Shown here piece by piece: positions 49,221 to 62,800 of a stretch of DNA of 64,000 nt (within the stretch, counting starts at the first letter, position 1; each line of letters begins with the position of its first letter). Source of the DNA: Podarcis liolepis. Lineage: Eukaryota. Location: the NCBI GenBank assembly GCA_965112155.1, contig OZ218105.1; one strand, given 5' to 3'. Below the pieces are notes generated by a model. It made no database searches and was not told the DNA's origin. It was given only the letters and a program-made list of their open reading frames with translations. The position numbers and the translations under genes are program-made.

Positions 49221-52200
49221 CTGCAAAACAAGGGGGGGAAAGGTAATTACATTTTAAATCTTTTCACATTTTAAAATATTATCACAGAATTATGAAATGT
49301 GGATACTGAGAAGAAAGTAAAACATAAAAATACACCCAATTTATAATTCACTTTCATTTTAATAGATTACCGTATTTTTCGCCCTATAGGACGCACTTTT
49401 TCCCCTCCAAAAATGAAGGGGAAATGTGTGTGCGTCCTATGGGGCGAATGCAGGCTTTCGCTGAAGCCTGGAGAGCGAGAGGGGTCGGTGCGCACCGACC
49501 CCTCTCGCTCTCCAGGCTTCAGGAGAGCCCCACCGCCAGCCCTGCAAACTCGGGGGACAGCGGGAGGCGCAGCATGCCTTTCCCACTGTCCCCCGACTTG
49601 GTTAGAAGGCTGGCGGGGGGGAGAAGCCTGCTCCTCCCCATCGCCAGCCCCGCAAACTCGGGGGACAGCGGGAGGCGCAGCACGCCTTTTTCCTACTGTC
49701 CCCTGACTTGGTTAGAAGGCTGGGGGGGGGAGAAGCCTGCTCCTCCCCTTCGCCAGCCCCGCAAACTTGGGGGACAGCGGGAGGCGCAGCGCACCTTTCC
49801 TACTGTCCCCCGACTTGGTTAGAAGGCTGGCGGAGGGCTTTCCCCTCCTCCAGCCCCGCAAACTCCCAGAGCGATGACAAAGCTGGACGCAGCTTCGGCA
49901 TGGCTCTGGGTCCCGTTCTGGGGGCTGGGGGAGGGGGAAGCCCCTCCTCCAGTCCCGCAAGCTCCCAGAGCGATGCCAAAGCTGCACGCAGCTTCGGCAT
50001 GGCTCTGGGTCCCGTTCTGGGGGCTGGGGGAGGGGGAAGCTCCGCTTTCCCCGCCCCCAGCCCCACAAGCTCCCAGAGCGATGCCAAAGCTGCACGCAGC
50101 TTTGGCATCGCTCTGGGTCCTGTTCTGGGGGCTGGCGTCGGGGGAAGCCCGAGCTTCCCCTGCCCCAGTCCCGCGCCTGGGGGAAAATAATTTTTTTCCC
50201 TTTATTTCACCCCCCAAAATCTAGGTGCGTCCTATGGGCCGGTGCGTCCTATAGGGCGAAAAATACAGTAATTCATCCAAATTACTTTTCTTTCCTACCT
50301 CACCAAAAAGAAATGTCCCTGTCCTGAGGGAAGTATACAACATAAAGAAAGACTTAGGAAAGACAGAGGCACAAGTAACAGGGGAAGAATACGCAAGTAC
50401 TATGACACATGCTTGAATGTAGTTTCTGTAAAGGTAAGGATAGAAGACTTATGCCAGATGTTTACAAAGTCATTAAAATCTAGGATTGTGGTAGCCTGCC
50501 TGTACCAACATGGTTTCATCAAATGAAGGCTTAGCAAGCTTAATGATTAAGAGTAGGGCTGGGAAATATTAGGATTTCAACATCACGATGTATCACAATC
50601 CAAACATTGCAGTTTGGCGATACACTGTGATGTTGAAACAAGTTGTTTTGGCCCCAGCTGGCAAGGCATGGGGTGAAACTGCCTCAGCTCTCACTGCGGG
50701 AGCTGAGGTGCTTTTACCCCAGTGCCTCGCAGGCCAGGGCCAAGGTGCCTGCTGCTCAGCTGGGAGGCAGAAAAGCTCCCACCCTCCAGCTGAGCAAGCC
50801 CCACTGTCTCAGTTGAGGGACAGGCAGCTGCGTGCCCCTGAATGGAGAAGTTTAAAGGTGCCACCAGTTCACACAAGCCAGAGGCGAGGTGGGGGCTCCA
50901 TTACACCTGAGGGAGTTGTCTTTGCTGCGTTGAGGCGGGCGAGCTACTTCTTTCTCCCAGGAAAGAGGCCGCTCGCCCTCCCCTCACTGTCCAAAGATGA
51001 AAGAGGCACTACCGACTGAGCTGGACAGGCTCCATTTGCAGTGCTTTCTCTGCCTTTGCCAGCGCAGGCAGTGGGCGAGAAAGAGGCAGCCTGCTTGCCC
51101 CCCACTCCCTGAAGGTGGACCAGGCGGCAGTAGCTGCCTTTGCCTGTGTGGGTGCAGTGCCACTTTCCTTGTTCACCCCAGGCAAAGGCACACAAGCGCA
51201 TGGAGAGGCTGCCTCTTTCTCCAAGGAAAAGAGATGGCCTGACTCTGCTGGGAGAAGTCTAACAGAGGACCCACCCCCCATCTCCAGCTTGCGCAAGCCA
51301 GAGGCAATGTTAGACTTCATCTGGGCAGTGTGAAGCCTCCTGCTCCCCAGCATACAAGCAGGAGAAGGATCAGGGCTCCCTCAGCTGGTGAGTGGGAGCA
51401 CTTTAACAGAGCCCCCACCCTGCTGCTGGCTCAGGGGCTCCATAAAACTGCTTGGCTGAGGCAAGGACAGCCGCACACTCCTTAGCCCGGCAGCTTAAAG
51501 AAGTGGAGGGAGGAACAAGCTGTATTCCAGTTTCACTCAGCTGCAGCTTGTTTTGTCCCTTGGCGTGCTGGAGGCAGAGGGACTCAGTGGCAGTTTCACC
51601 CACAATATACTGCCAAGTGAAGCCATCAGCATGGTCTGCCCCTCATTCTGGCAGATATATTGAAACCCAGTGCTTTTTTTTTTCTACACCAAAAAGTGCC
51701 AGAAAGCACCACCCTCGGAAGGCCCATCTTCCGGCGGCGGGAGGGGGAGAGCTCCTTGCGAGGCAAGGGCAGCCCAAGCCACCTCTTCCTCCCAGGAGTT
51801 AGAGGTCACCATGTGCAAAGGTGGCTTCTTTAAACTGCTTCTCTGCAAAACCCCTCACATGATATTTGTAGAAGATGGTTGCTTACCCATAGCCTGCCAA
51901 GAATCCCAGGCTAGGAGGGCTAACTTTGTCACTGAACACAATAAGTTCCAGACTTGTATTTCCTGCTCCCAGAGTTTTTTTAGTCTGGTTTAGAACCCAC
52001 CACTCAGTTTCATTATGCCTCGACAGTGAAACAGTGATGTCTTCATTTTTTCCATCTACAAAAACCAAACAAACCATTTTGTCAGTATCTCATGTGCAAA
52101 TTATCTTAATTTCTGCTGTTATCTGAGGAATTTTGCTTCAGCTCCTGTACCCACCCTATACAGGCAGTCATGCAATCTAGACAATAAAGTGTCTGAATCA

Positions 52201-53785
52201 GGGTGCATTATGAAATAATATTCCTGTTAGAAATGAGCAGTGGATCACTCCATACCTGTCAAGAGCTGCTTTATGGGTTTTGCAACAGAATCACTAGGTG
52301 CTTTGATATAGCGTGGATACACTTCATGCAGTATTCTGCAAAAGAAAAATAAATTGAGGGAAATACCAATACAAGGTCATTTGAAATTTGCCTTGGATAT
52401 AATTTTTACAACATGAAAGTCCTAAACAACGAGACCACAGTCAAGCCTGGGAATTATTCTTCACGGCACTGGATTCTAATGCAGAGCTTTCAAAACTTTT
52501 CATGTTGGTGTTTGTAGACATGCATTATTTCACAACACAGTAATTCAGTTTTACTAGCAAACTGAAGGTTAAACTAACCCCTTTCCAGCCCCAGGAGAAG
52601 TGTTCACATGACACACCAACACACTAGTGTGTCGCAACACAGTTTGGAAAGCTCTGTTTTAATGGAATTTACAGTATTTTTCTGTCAGTAGCTAGCCCTG
52701 CCTCCACTAAATATTCTCCACTTAGGGTAGAATGAGGGCCACATGAGAGCTTCAGGTTGCATCTTATTGTATGCATTTCTCAGCATCTCCCTTCCTTTCT
52801 ACTTTTGCCTCTCTCCCCTTCAGCACCTCATCAGGTGCCTCTGGCCTGCAATAATTCAGCCTTTCTCCAATGGCTAATTGCCAAAGCTGACAACATCAAC
52901 ATCTTCGTTTGGTAGTGCATGTGCATGCACACAGATGGTAGATAGGACTCCTCCCCACTTCATTATAAGAAAGTGCAGAAGGATAAATATAGTTAAATGA
53001 GGTGATCTTACTGACAATCGAAATAACTACAAAATGCCACTTTGGAAATAAGGCAACAGTTTCAACACATTTTTACAGGAGTTGCAATATTGCAATTTTC
53101 TTTGCCCAAGTCAGTAATTTGTAGCTCTGCTTATAAGAAAAATCAACATATTAATAAGCATAGAAAATGACTTACACAGGTGCAGGTTGCATTTGGTTGT
53201 CCATCATTTTAGCAATAAGTTTTCTTGCTTGCTTTCGTAGGTTGTGACTCTGTTTCTCAGATGCTATTTCTGCTTTTGCTCCAAGGGAGAGGTTTCTTTA
53301 AGAAAATGTATGAACAAGAGTAAGGCGGTGCAACAGTTCATGAATGTACAATTGCTCTGACTTTGCTGTATTCAAAATGCCATTCTCACTGGGTGATAGA
53401 CTATGTCATATTTCTTTGAGAACTAGGAATGAAGGCCAAGACCCAGTTCTGCAACAGACAGGAATATGGAGGGCAGGATTCATTACTCCTAGGGAACTTT
53501 CTTTCTTTTCATTGTAGGGAATTGCAGGAATTGCTGGCCAAATAGCCACAAGGCATCTGCACCTCCTTTTAAAAAACAAGGTAGACACAGAGGCAGTCTT
53601 AACATGTGAGATCTGTATGAGGTATGAATGGAGGATCTAGCAATGTGCAGATTCAAGAGCAGAAACAAATCCAATCCGTACATTGGTCAGGATAGTTCAG
53701 ATTGGGTGAATCCGCATTAGATTTGCTTTTGGGCAAATTACCGCTCCATTACCATTGGCAACTCAATCATATAATAATAATAATA

Positions 53786-53846
<61 letters not shown>

Positions 53847-56800
53847 TTATTATTTATACCACGCCCATCTGGCTGGGTTTCCCCAGCCAGTCTGGCCAGC
53901 TCCGAACCAAATATTAAAAACACAATACAGCATTAAACATTAAAAACTTTCCTAAACAGGGCTGCCTTCAGATGTCTTTTAAAAGTAAGGTAATTGCTTA
54001 TTGCCTTGACATCTGATGGGAGGGCATTCCACAGCACCACTACCAAGAAGGCCCTCTGCCTGGTTCCCTGTAACCTCACTTCTCACAGTGAGGGAACCGC
54101 CAGAAGGCCCTTGGCACTGGACCTCAGTGTCCGGGCTGGACAATGAGGGTAGAGATGCTCCTTTAGGTACACTGGACCCGTAACTGCAATGTTTCAAAAA
54201 TAATTGCCCTGCCCCCTGTTGAAGCAACATCTACATCCAAGTACTATCAGAAAACCCAACTGTCTTTTATTTGATGCTAATAATTTTGCTGCACCTAGAA
54301 TGTCATGATGGGAGACTTTTGTTCTTGCTTCTTTCCATTTTCTAAGAGATGACAAACAAGTGATCCAGATTTACCACAATTGTACCAGAATGTACGTGTT
54401 CGGCAGGGAGCTCATGGATTTGGCAGGGGGGCTTTTAGCTGGCTCCTAGTGCCAGGGAACCTTAATCAAAGTGATCCCTAAACAATGATATGTAGGGATT
54501 GTGTCAGTCACCAGAGAAACAGCAATAACACTATATGTTAGCAATGAGGCCATACCTTTGAATACTCCATGAAATAACTACAGAAAATTCAGCATTCTCT
54601 GCATTGAGCTCATCAATCATTTTTTTCCTGCTGGGAGGGCTGATAGTCCATAAGGAATTTGAATTGCCTTCTAGCTGTGCAACTGTTATATCTTCATTAC
54701 CATAGTTTTCTAGAAACTGTAGAGCAGCCTAAAAAATAAAAGGAGGAACATGAAGCTTTTATCCCTTTGCCTTCAAATTCTTTTTGGTACTTGTTGCTGG
54801 TATCATTCTTCAGTAGCCCAGAAAAAGATGGAGGGAGAGGCAGTTTGGAGAAAATATTATGTACTATTACGAAGGCAATAGCTGAATGCAAGGGGAAGTG
54901 CTAAATCAGCAAACGTCACCCAGGAAGAGCAAACAACTGCAACACATTTTTGTCAGTGCAGCATCCTAAAACTTGGCATGTTTTATGCCATGACAAAGAT
55001 TCTGGTATTACAGGCAGATGGAAATAGCTCTACAGTTAATGCTAGTGCTTTCCACTCAGTATTTTGCCATTGCAAAGTATGAAAATTCTATTAATAATAA
55101 AATCAGTTGGAAATATGACATGGAGAATCTACCTCACAGAACGCTCATAAAGAATGTCTCGGTTTTTGTCGCTTTAAAACTACAAGTAGAAAACTACTGT
55201 TTCCTGCTTGCCAAGGGGTTGGACTCGATGGCCCTTATGGTCTATTCCAACTGTATGATTCTATGATTCTATACAACTACAGTTGCCGTGAACCACAGCC
55301 TTCACTGTGTTTATTTGTTTGTTTCAAAGCACTTCTAAATCACTTGATACCTTAAAAGTTTAACAGGCACTTAAAAGAAGTAAAATTACTTACTGTATTA
55401 GAGCGAAAACTGTTTAGGAAACTTTTATATTCTGTTGATGTCATATTTTTTAGTTGACTCTGCTGAGCACTCATAGTAAAAATAGGCTGGAGAGTAAGAA
55501 CACAGAGTTTAATAACAGAATCAGGATTGTTTTAAAAAAAGAATCAAAATTCAAGGCATTTATCAAGGCAGCCAACCTTCTCTGAACCAGCTATGTCCTT
55601 AGGGCTGGTCCAGATTGTGGAGCTCACTGAACACTGATTTTACACACACTGCAGCAACTGGGAGAATTCCTCAGTGCCAGGAAAAATATACAAGGTGGGC
55701 ATTCCACACTCACTCATATTTCACAGAAATCACATATCTTGCCTTCTAGGAGGGCTAAGAGACTTGGGTGTTTGTTTTTTTAAATGAAAAAACCCAGGGG
55801 CAGCAGTAAGAGCCTTCGCAGCCATGGGCACTGGGCTGGCAACTCCTGACATACATTTATATAAGGGATGTTTAGTATTTAAAGGAAACAGATGAAGGGA
55901 AAGCTGACATTTTAGTTTCTTATTCATACCTGATAACCTCCTAAAGTTATTGTAATGGATACATCAAGAGGTTTATTTGTGACGCCTGCAACAGATTTAA
56001 TTAGAGACATGAAGAGCAGAGGGAACCAAACGATGCAAATCAGCAAGACGATAATCATGCCACCCATTCCGTATTTCACAACCTTCTTCTTCTTCTGGCC
56101 CCTTGGTTGTGGATATCGCTGTAATTAGCAATATAAAACATTAGACTATATTGCGCTTTTCTAGAATTTTTAAACATTATTTTACTTTTGGATTTTATGA
56201 GCAACCTTCTAAACTCAGAACCTTATTTCAGTATTTTTTTTAAAAAAATATGCTATATGTTTACAAGCATCTCCCAAAATTTAGTGTATACTTATTTTAG
56301 CCATATATATATATCATATTTCAAGGAGCCATAAGCCCCTGTCTTGCCACCCATAGTTAATCATTTAAATGTTATTAGAAGGCTGCAGCTTGCAGGATAG
56401 GTTGGTCACCCTTAAGAAAACCATTATCATCCAAGGATGGGGGTGGACAGTGAGCTGGAAACATCTTAAACTAAGTACCTAGTATAATAGCATGAGGCAT
56501 CATAAACCACAACTTGTTTTGCATAGGATAGCAATGAGTTTGATGTAAAAAGCCCTTTGCAGTACCTTGTCTTAATCTATCTGGGTAGATCTCTAGCCAG
56601 GTTTTTAGGGCTGTTCCTTCAGTGATTGCTTTGGGTCTTATTTTCAGAATCACTTCAGCATATGGCAGCCACAGGAAACAACCATTTGTGCATCCTGAAT
56701 ATATTCTGTCATGCAGTGAATTCAGCTTTTGGCATTCCACCCACATGTTGGAGTCTGCAGTGGCATACTAAAGTCTAAGGTAGTACAGGGCAATGGTAGT

Positions 56801-59800
56801 ATATTTCTAGTTCAGCATGTACCAATATCTGCTAACATTCAACACAGGCTGTTTTTTGGGCATCAAGCCCAGAAGCAGTTGTGAGAACAGGCCTTTAGAC
56901 AGTCCCGGGGTCTATCAGTTGAGGAAGAGGAGTTATTAAATTAGACACCATAACTCATAAAAAAGGTGATTGGTGGGGTTACTGTAATCTTAAAAAAAAA
57001 TCGAAAAGGAAATAAACTGGACATATAGGAATTTACAGGATTGGCCTATACTGGCTCAAAAAAGCTAACAATGCATGCAAAATACTGATTGCATGCCAAA
57101 AATAATAAATTAGAGTTGCAAACTAATTCCTACTGAAGTCAGTGGCAACATTTCAAATGCTTTTAATGGATCTGGAGTGCACCCATAGTTGAAATGTTGC
57201 AGTGGTCCATTTAGAAGCTATTTCCTGCAGTTCACATGAATTTATGTTGAACAGTTCTGCTTTTGGTTAAGAGTTCCTGTTTCAGGTAAGTAAATAAGGA
57301 ACTTTTTGGACCATTGCATTTGAACCAGGTTCAGCTGTTATAACTTTTTATGCCCTTGTCCTAAATTCTTAGTTTTTTTTTAAAACTACTGTGAAATTTA
57401 AGACTTCTGAAAAGAAGAGCTGAAATAACTTAATGTTTTCTGGGACCCTTCAGTTTTAATTCTTGTCAGGCTTTTAAACCATCTCTGGAATATGTGTATA
57501 CAATTCCAGGTTTACATTTGCAGACACAATTGTCTATTTATATGTGAACGTACCTGAAAGAAAATTAGATGAGCACAAAACTACTTGAAACTCCATCAGT
57601 GTAAGAACATAAGATCCCTATTGGATCGTACTGGTAAGATCACGAGAAGAATGGCACCTTAAAATATTAGAATGCATAGAATTTGCCAGCATGACAAATA
57701 GATTGAGATATAAAGATAAGGATTTAAAAGAGGTTTGGACATTGTATATAGATTATATGGAAAGATATTGCAATAAGAAAATAATCATAACAGGCTGACA
57801 AAAAATACTCTGCAGTAGAGGTTACAACGTGGGATAGCGTAAGTAAGGTAATGAAAACAACTTAGTATAGTAAGAAAACACAACTGGAAAGATAGCAGAT
57901 AGGAAACCAGGGAAAGAATGGAAGGAGAGTAAAGGTTAAGGTTTATAATAGTGAAACAAATTGGAGAAATAAGTTATGTTACCATTGATATTCATATATT
58001 TGTTATTTTTCTTTCTTATTATCCTATGTATGACTGTAACACAGTATGCATTGATGATATGATAAAACAGAAAAGCAAATAATTTTATTTTTCTTCAAGA
58101 AAAGATCCCTATTGGATCAAACCAAAGGCCCATCTAGTCCAACATCTTGTTCTCACAGTAACCAACCAGATGCCTATGGAAAGGACAGGAGTGCAACAGA
58201 ACTTTCCCATTTGTGACCCCCAGAGGCATTCTCTAGCCATCATGACTAGTAACCAGTGACAGCCTTATGATTTGTCTAATCCCTTTTACAGCAGGACATG
58301 GTTGGTAGTCGTCACTACATCTTGTGGTAGTGTAGTGAATTCCATAGCTTAGCTATGTGCTGGGTGAAGAAGTACTTTTTATCTATCTTGAATCTTCCAA
58401 CATCCCAACACACAGCTTCACTAGATGACCCCAGGATCTAGTACTATGAGAGAGATAAAGCATTTCTCCCTATTCACTTTCTCTGCACCATACATGTTTT
58501 TACACTTTCATCTTGTCGGTCTTTACCTGCCTCTTTTCAAAGCAAAAAACTCCAAAAATTGCTATCAGTGGCTAATAATAAATCTATGGCTATCAATGGC
58601 TTCTAGCCAAGATGGCTATGCATGTTTGGAGCCTTTATGCTTCTGAATATCACAGGAGGGGAGAGGGCTCTCGTGCTTGGATCCTGCTTTTGGGTTTCAC
58701 ACAGACATCTGGCTGGCCACTGTGATAACATTATGGTGGACTACATGGGTCATTGGCCTGATCCAGCAGGCTCTTCATATAATAAGAATCTACGAACCCA
58801 AAGTTCTTAGGTTCTTATTATAACTTTTCATAAGGGAGTTGCTCTAGTCCTGTAATCATTTTTGATTACCCTTTTCTGAATCTTTTCCACCTACACAATC
58901 TCTCTGTGCAGAGTGATACCATCACAGATTTGTATAAAGGCATGATTTTGAGATATGAATTTTCTATCTTGTGCTTCTTCAAGATCTTACACTATGATCT
59001 ATGCCCTCATAAAACATTTAATGAAAATAAATGGGGTTTTTTATTTTAAGAAAAATATTACCTTTTCAGACTCTCGCCAGCACTTTAGGATGAATATATG
59101 AGCATAAATATCTTCAACACAGATCCAGCTAGAGAGGCTTAACGTGGTATCTGTCCAAACCCAGTCCATTACTGCCCTCAGCTCAGTTAAGAATGGTACC
59201 AAGCGGAATCTAGACAAAGAGAAATAATCACAGGTGAAGGTTCTGTTTTAACTGAAGAATATTAAATCAAGTATGTTGTAGCATTTAAGATTTCAGGTGA
59301 TTTATGTGCTCATTTTTAATTGTTTTGGTTAACTTTTGGGAGTTCTAAAAGATTAGTTATGTTTCTGATCATTCATGGGTTCTAACCCAACATGACTAGT
59401 TGCTTTGACTGCACAAAGGAGATTTAAATTTTCCTGTCATGCAGCAGCTCTGTGGTCACTGATGATTATTAAATCATGCTGAATAACTCAAATATATACA
59501 GTGATACCTCGAGTTAAGTACTTAATTTGTTCCGGAGGTCCGTACTTAACCTGAAACTGTTCTTAACCTGAAGCATCACTTTAGCTAATGGGGCTTCCTG
59601 CTGCTGCCGCACCGCCAAAGCATGATTTCTGTTCTCATCCTGAAGCAAAGTTCTTAACCTGAAGCACTATTTCTGGGTTAGCGGAGTCTGTAACCTGAAG
59701 CGTATGTAACCTGAGGTACCACTGTATTAAAAGTTGTATGCCACTCCTGAAGACCCTATTTGGGGGTAAAGGCAGCCTATGAGTGTCACTATAGTTAAAT

Positions 59801-62800
59801 AAATGTGTGACTGAAAAGAAATATCCATACTCACCCCTGAAATAAGAAGAGGTTTACATAATTGTAACTTTTTGTGAGGAAATTGCCAAGTACACGAGTT
59901 GGGTAGCCACAACGTATCTGATATGCCGATAAGCCAAAATAAACACATTTCACAAAATACCAAAGTTGTGCAACAATATTTTGGCTAAATTTCCTGCAAC
60001 ATAAAATAGATGGGAGAAAATGAATATAGACACACATACTTTGATCACATTTTTAAGGCAGTAGACTAAATCACTGCTAAATTAAAAGCATAATTTTTAA
60101 AAACAAAAAAACAAAAACCCAAACACGTACCTTTCTGTCACTCCAGGCAAGATAAAGAACATCCAAAAGTGTATACCAAAAACAAGTATGACCTGGAAGA
60201 TGACTTTTCCCATGACAGTCTTTCTTAGATATAGTGCCCGATCTACTACCATGGTTCCAAACTGAATTAGCACCATCACTAAGAATGCACTTGGCACTTG
60301 GTCCTCTGATAACGAAGAGGTGATATCTGCTGCTGCAGAGTGTTTCTGCAAAGAAAAACAGGAGCAATAAAGTACAGGGAGCATTTGTCATAAGAGATAA
60401 TCATTTATAACAAAAAAAATTCCAAATACATCAAATTCCTTATAACATACCCCAAAAGCCCAGAATCCAAACACAATGATAATGAAGTCGACAGTATCAG
60501 CAAGGAACATCAGGACATAAACATCAGTCACAGCACTGTAATCTGGGTGGATAAGATTGTAGAAAAACTGTTTGATGGGCACATATACCTGAAGGGTCCT
60601 GAAATAACAGAAAATACAGTCTTACAAATAACTTTATGTAAAGAACTATGCAGTTTAATTTACTACTCCCAAGAACGTATACATTTGCTTAAAGATAACG
60701 ACAAAATGCATGAAGCCCTTTGGTTCCATATGAGGGAGAAAACCAAGTGAGCCTGAAGGTCTGGCTTGCATTGTGCTCTTGCCCATTCCTAGGTGTAGAG
60801 AATGCAGATAACGACTCAGGCCTCTCTCTGGTCCTTGGTATTCTCCCCAGGCCACACCCCTCAGCCATTGTACTTCACACCCTCATTGAATGTTTTCGAT
60901 TGACTTGGATGTGTCCTTGAACAGTTTGAGTGTTCAGATGAAGAACATTATGTGTGTGTAGAAAGCTCTGCCAAATATTGTTTCTGGTCTTCCCACCGCT
61001 GGCATGTGGCCCTTGGAAGATTGCTCAGAAGGGACTGTGGCCCTCAAGCTGTAAAAGGTTCCCCTTTTCTGCTCTAGAACATTTAGGACAAGTGAAAAAG
61101 CACACAAGACACAATGTGGGAGAATGTGGGAGAATATGAAGACAAACAAAGAGAAAATCAGTGCACTGGTAAAACTGTTACTTGGAGCCTCAGGACTGCA
61201 TAGTGCTTTGTTACTAAACCTTCAGATATGAGCCTTTTATGGAATTTCAATCTTCTAAAAATCCTACCCAAAGCATTGCAGAATCAATTCCTGATTTCAT
61301 TTAAACTGATACAAACTTTAATTGCTCACTTTTTAATGGTAAATGCCTTAGCTATGATAAGTTGTTCCCGCAGCTTGTCCATGAGAAGTTCTTTTCTTGA
61401 TTTTTGTTTTATGCTCAGCACACTGCTTCCTTTTTGACTGCTGTTCCGTGTGCTGGTACTTCCTGAGAAAACAGTTGGGGGGAGAAATTACAAAGTGATA
61501 CATCAATCTTAAACCTCCATTTACCCTGGATTATGGTAGAGTTTTGGCATGGTTCAGATGTATGTAATTCATCTCCTCCTTTGTACCCGTAAGAAGGAGA
61601 TCAAATTCTGATTTTAAATAAACCACAGTTCCTTGTGATGTCTTAACTTTGAAGACTGTGGCATGCTGAAACAATGGTGGGCAAAACAAGCAGGATCTAA
61701 AAAGTTCCATTGATACTTATCTGAAAGGTAGTTTCCCATTGCCTGTAGAAGTCATCAGGTTGTGTAACATCTCCATCTTAGCTCCCATAGTTTAATTCAC
61801 TCCTGCCTCCATCCAAACAGTCACGTATTTCTTAAGTTCCCATTATTTCTTATCCTTGGGCCAGTTCATATATCTTTCCCTCCAATATTTGTGAGTTTTC
61901 TTTTCCTCTGTGAGTCTTCCAGCTGCCCCATTTTCCCCTCCCACTTGTGCAGCTTGGCAGTCCTTCCATTTTTCCTCCTGCACCTTCTGACCAACCTCCT
62001 CATCTCTCTCCGCTTGTCTCTTGCCTCAGTGTGCTTTTCCCCCACTGCAGTTCTAGCCTTGTTCACTCACTTGTTCTAGCCTTCTAATTTAAAGAATCCT
62101 CACTTGCCTTCTCTGCTTGGCTTGCCTTGGCTTGCCCTGTCTCCTTCTCCCATCTTTCCTGTGGCTGCTTCAGAGTAGAATGTGTTTCCTGCCATTGGCA
62201 AGAAATCAATGACTAAGCAAGTACAATGTGTAATGCCATATTCTGTTTTAGAGTCTTGGTCGTGGACCAAATGCATACCTCTTTTTGAACGGTGTGAGGA
62301 GAAGCTGGATCTGTGAGAAAGCTGTGATCCACTACTTGAACTTTTCCTACGGATGGCAGTCTGCTGCTCTGGGAAATGAACATGTATGGATTCAACAGAT
62401 GCTGCCAAATTGACTGATGTCAAAGAGCCAGCAGAACCTCTCCTGTCCGACTCAACTGACTCATCATCAGAGTCACCTTTACTGCTGCAGTTGTCTCCTC
62501 CATCATCTTCATCCCACAATCCATGACACTAAAAAAATAGATAAAGTTAAGCAATTATATTTAAAATTATATTATATCTTAAAATTGGCTATTGTTGGGA
62601 TTCCTTCTCATTATAAAATACACATGCTAATGGTATACATTCTTATCTTCAAGTCACCTAACCTCTTGTGCACCATATTTAAAGAATAAAGCTACTGAAA
62701 TACTTCATTTTAACTTTGTGTGCTGGTTCATTACTTAACTTCTAAAATGAGGTGCTTTAGTTCAGGCATTCTTCAATACCACAACCCTAATCAAGATTTG

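Noticed and set aside
49531-50180. Repeat arrays as CRISPR-like or other prokaryotic system
   Set aside because: Vertebrate DNA; units are tandem without unique spacers and lie inside TE TIRs
49413-51802. Cluster of 100-160 aa ORFs in the PIEZO2 last intron
   Set aside because: Inside GC-rich TE interiors and tandem repeats; low complexity, open on both strands
61866-62066. Purine-rich minus-strand ORF in a PIEZO2 intron
   Set aside because: No convincing in-phase acceptor/donor pair; compositional bias explains the open frame
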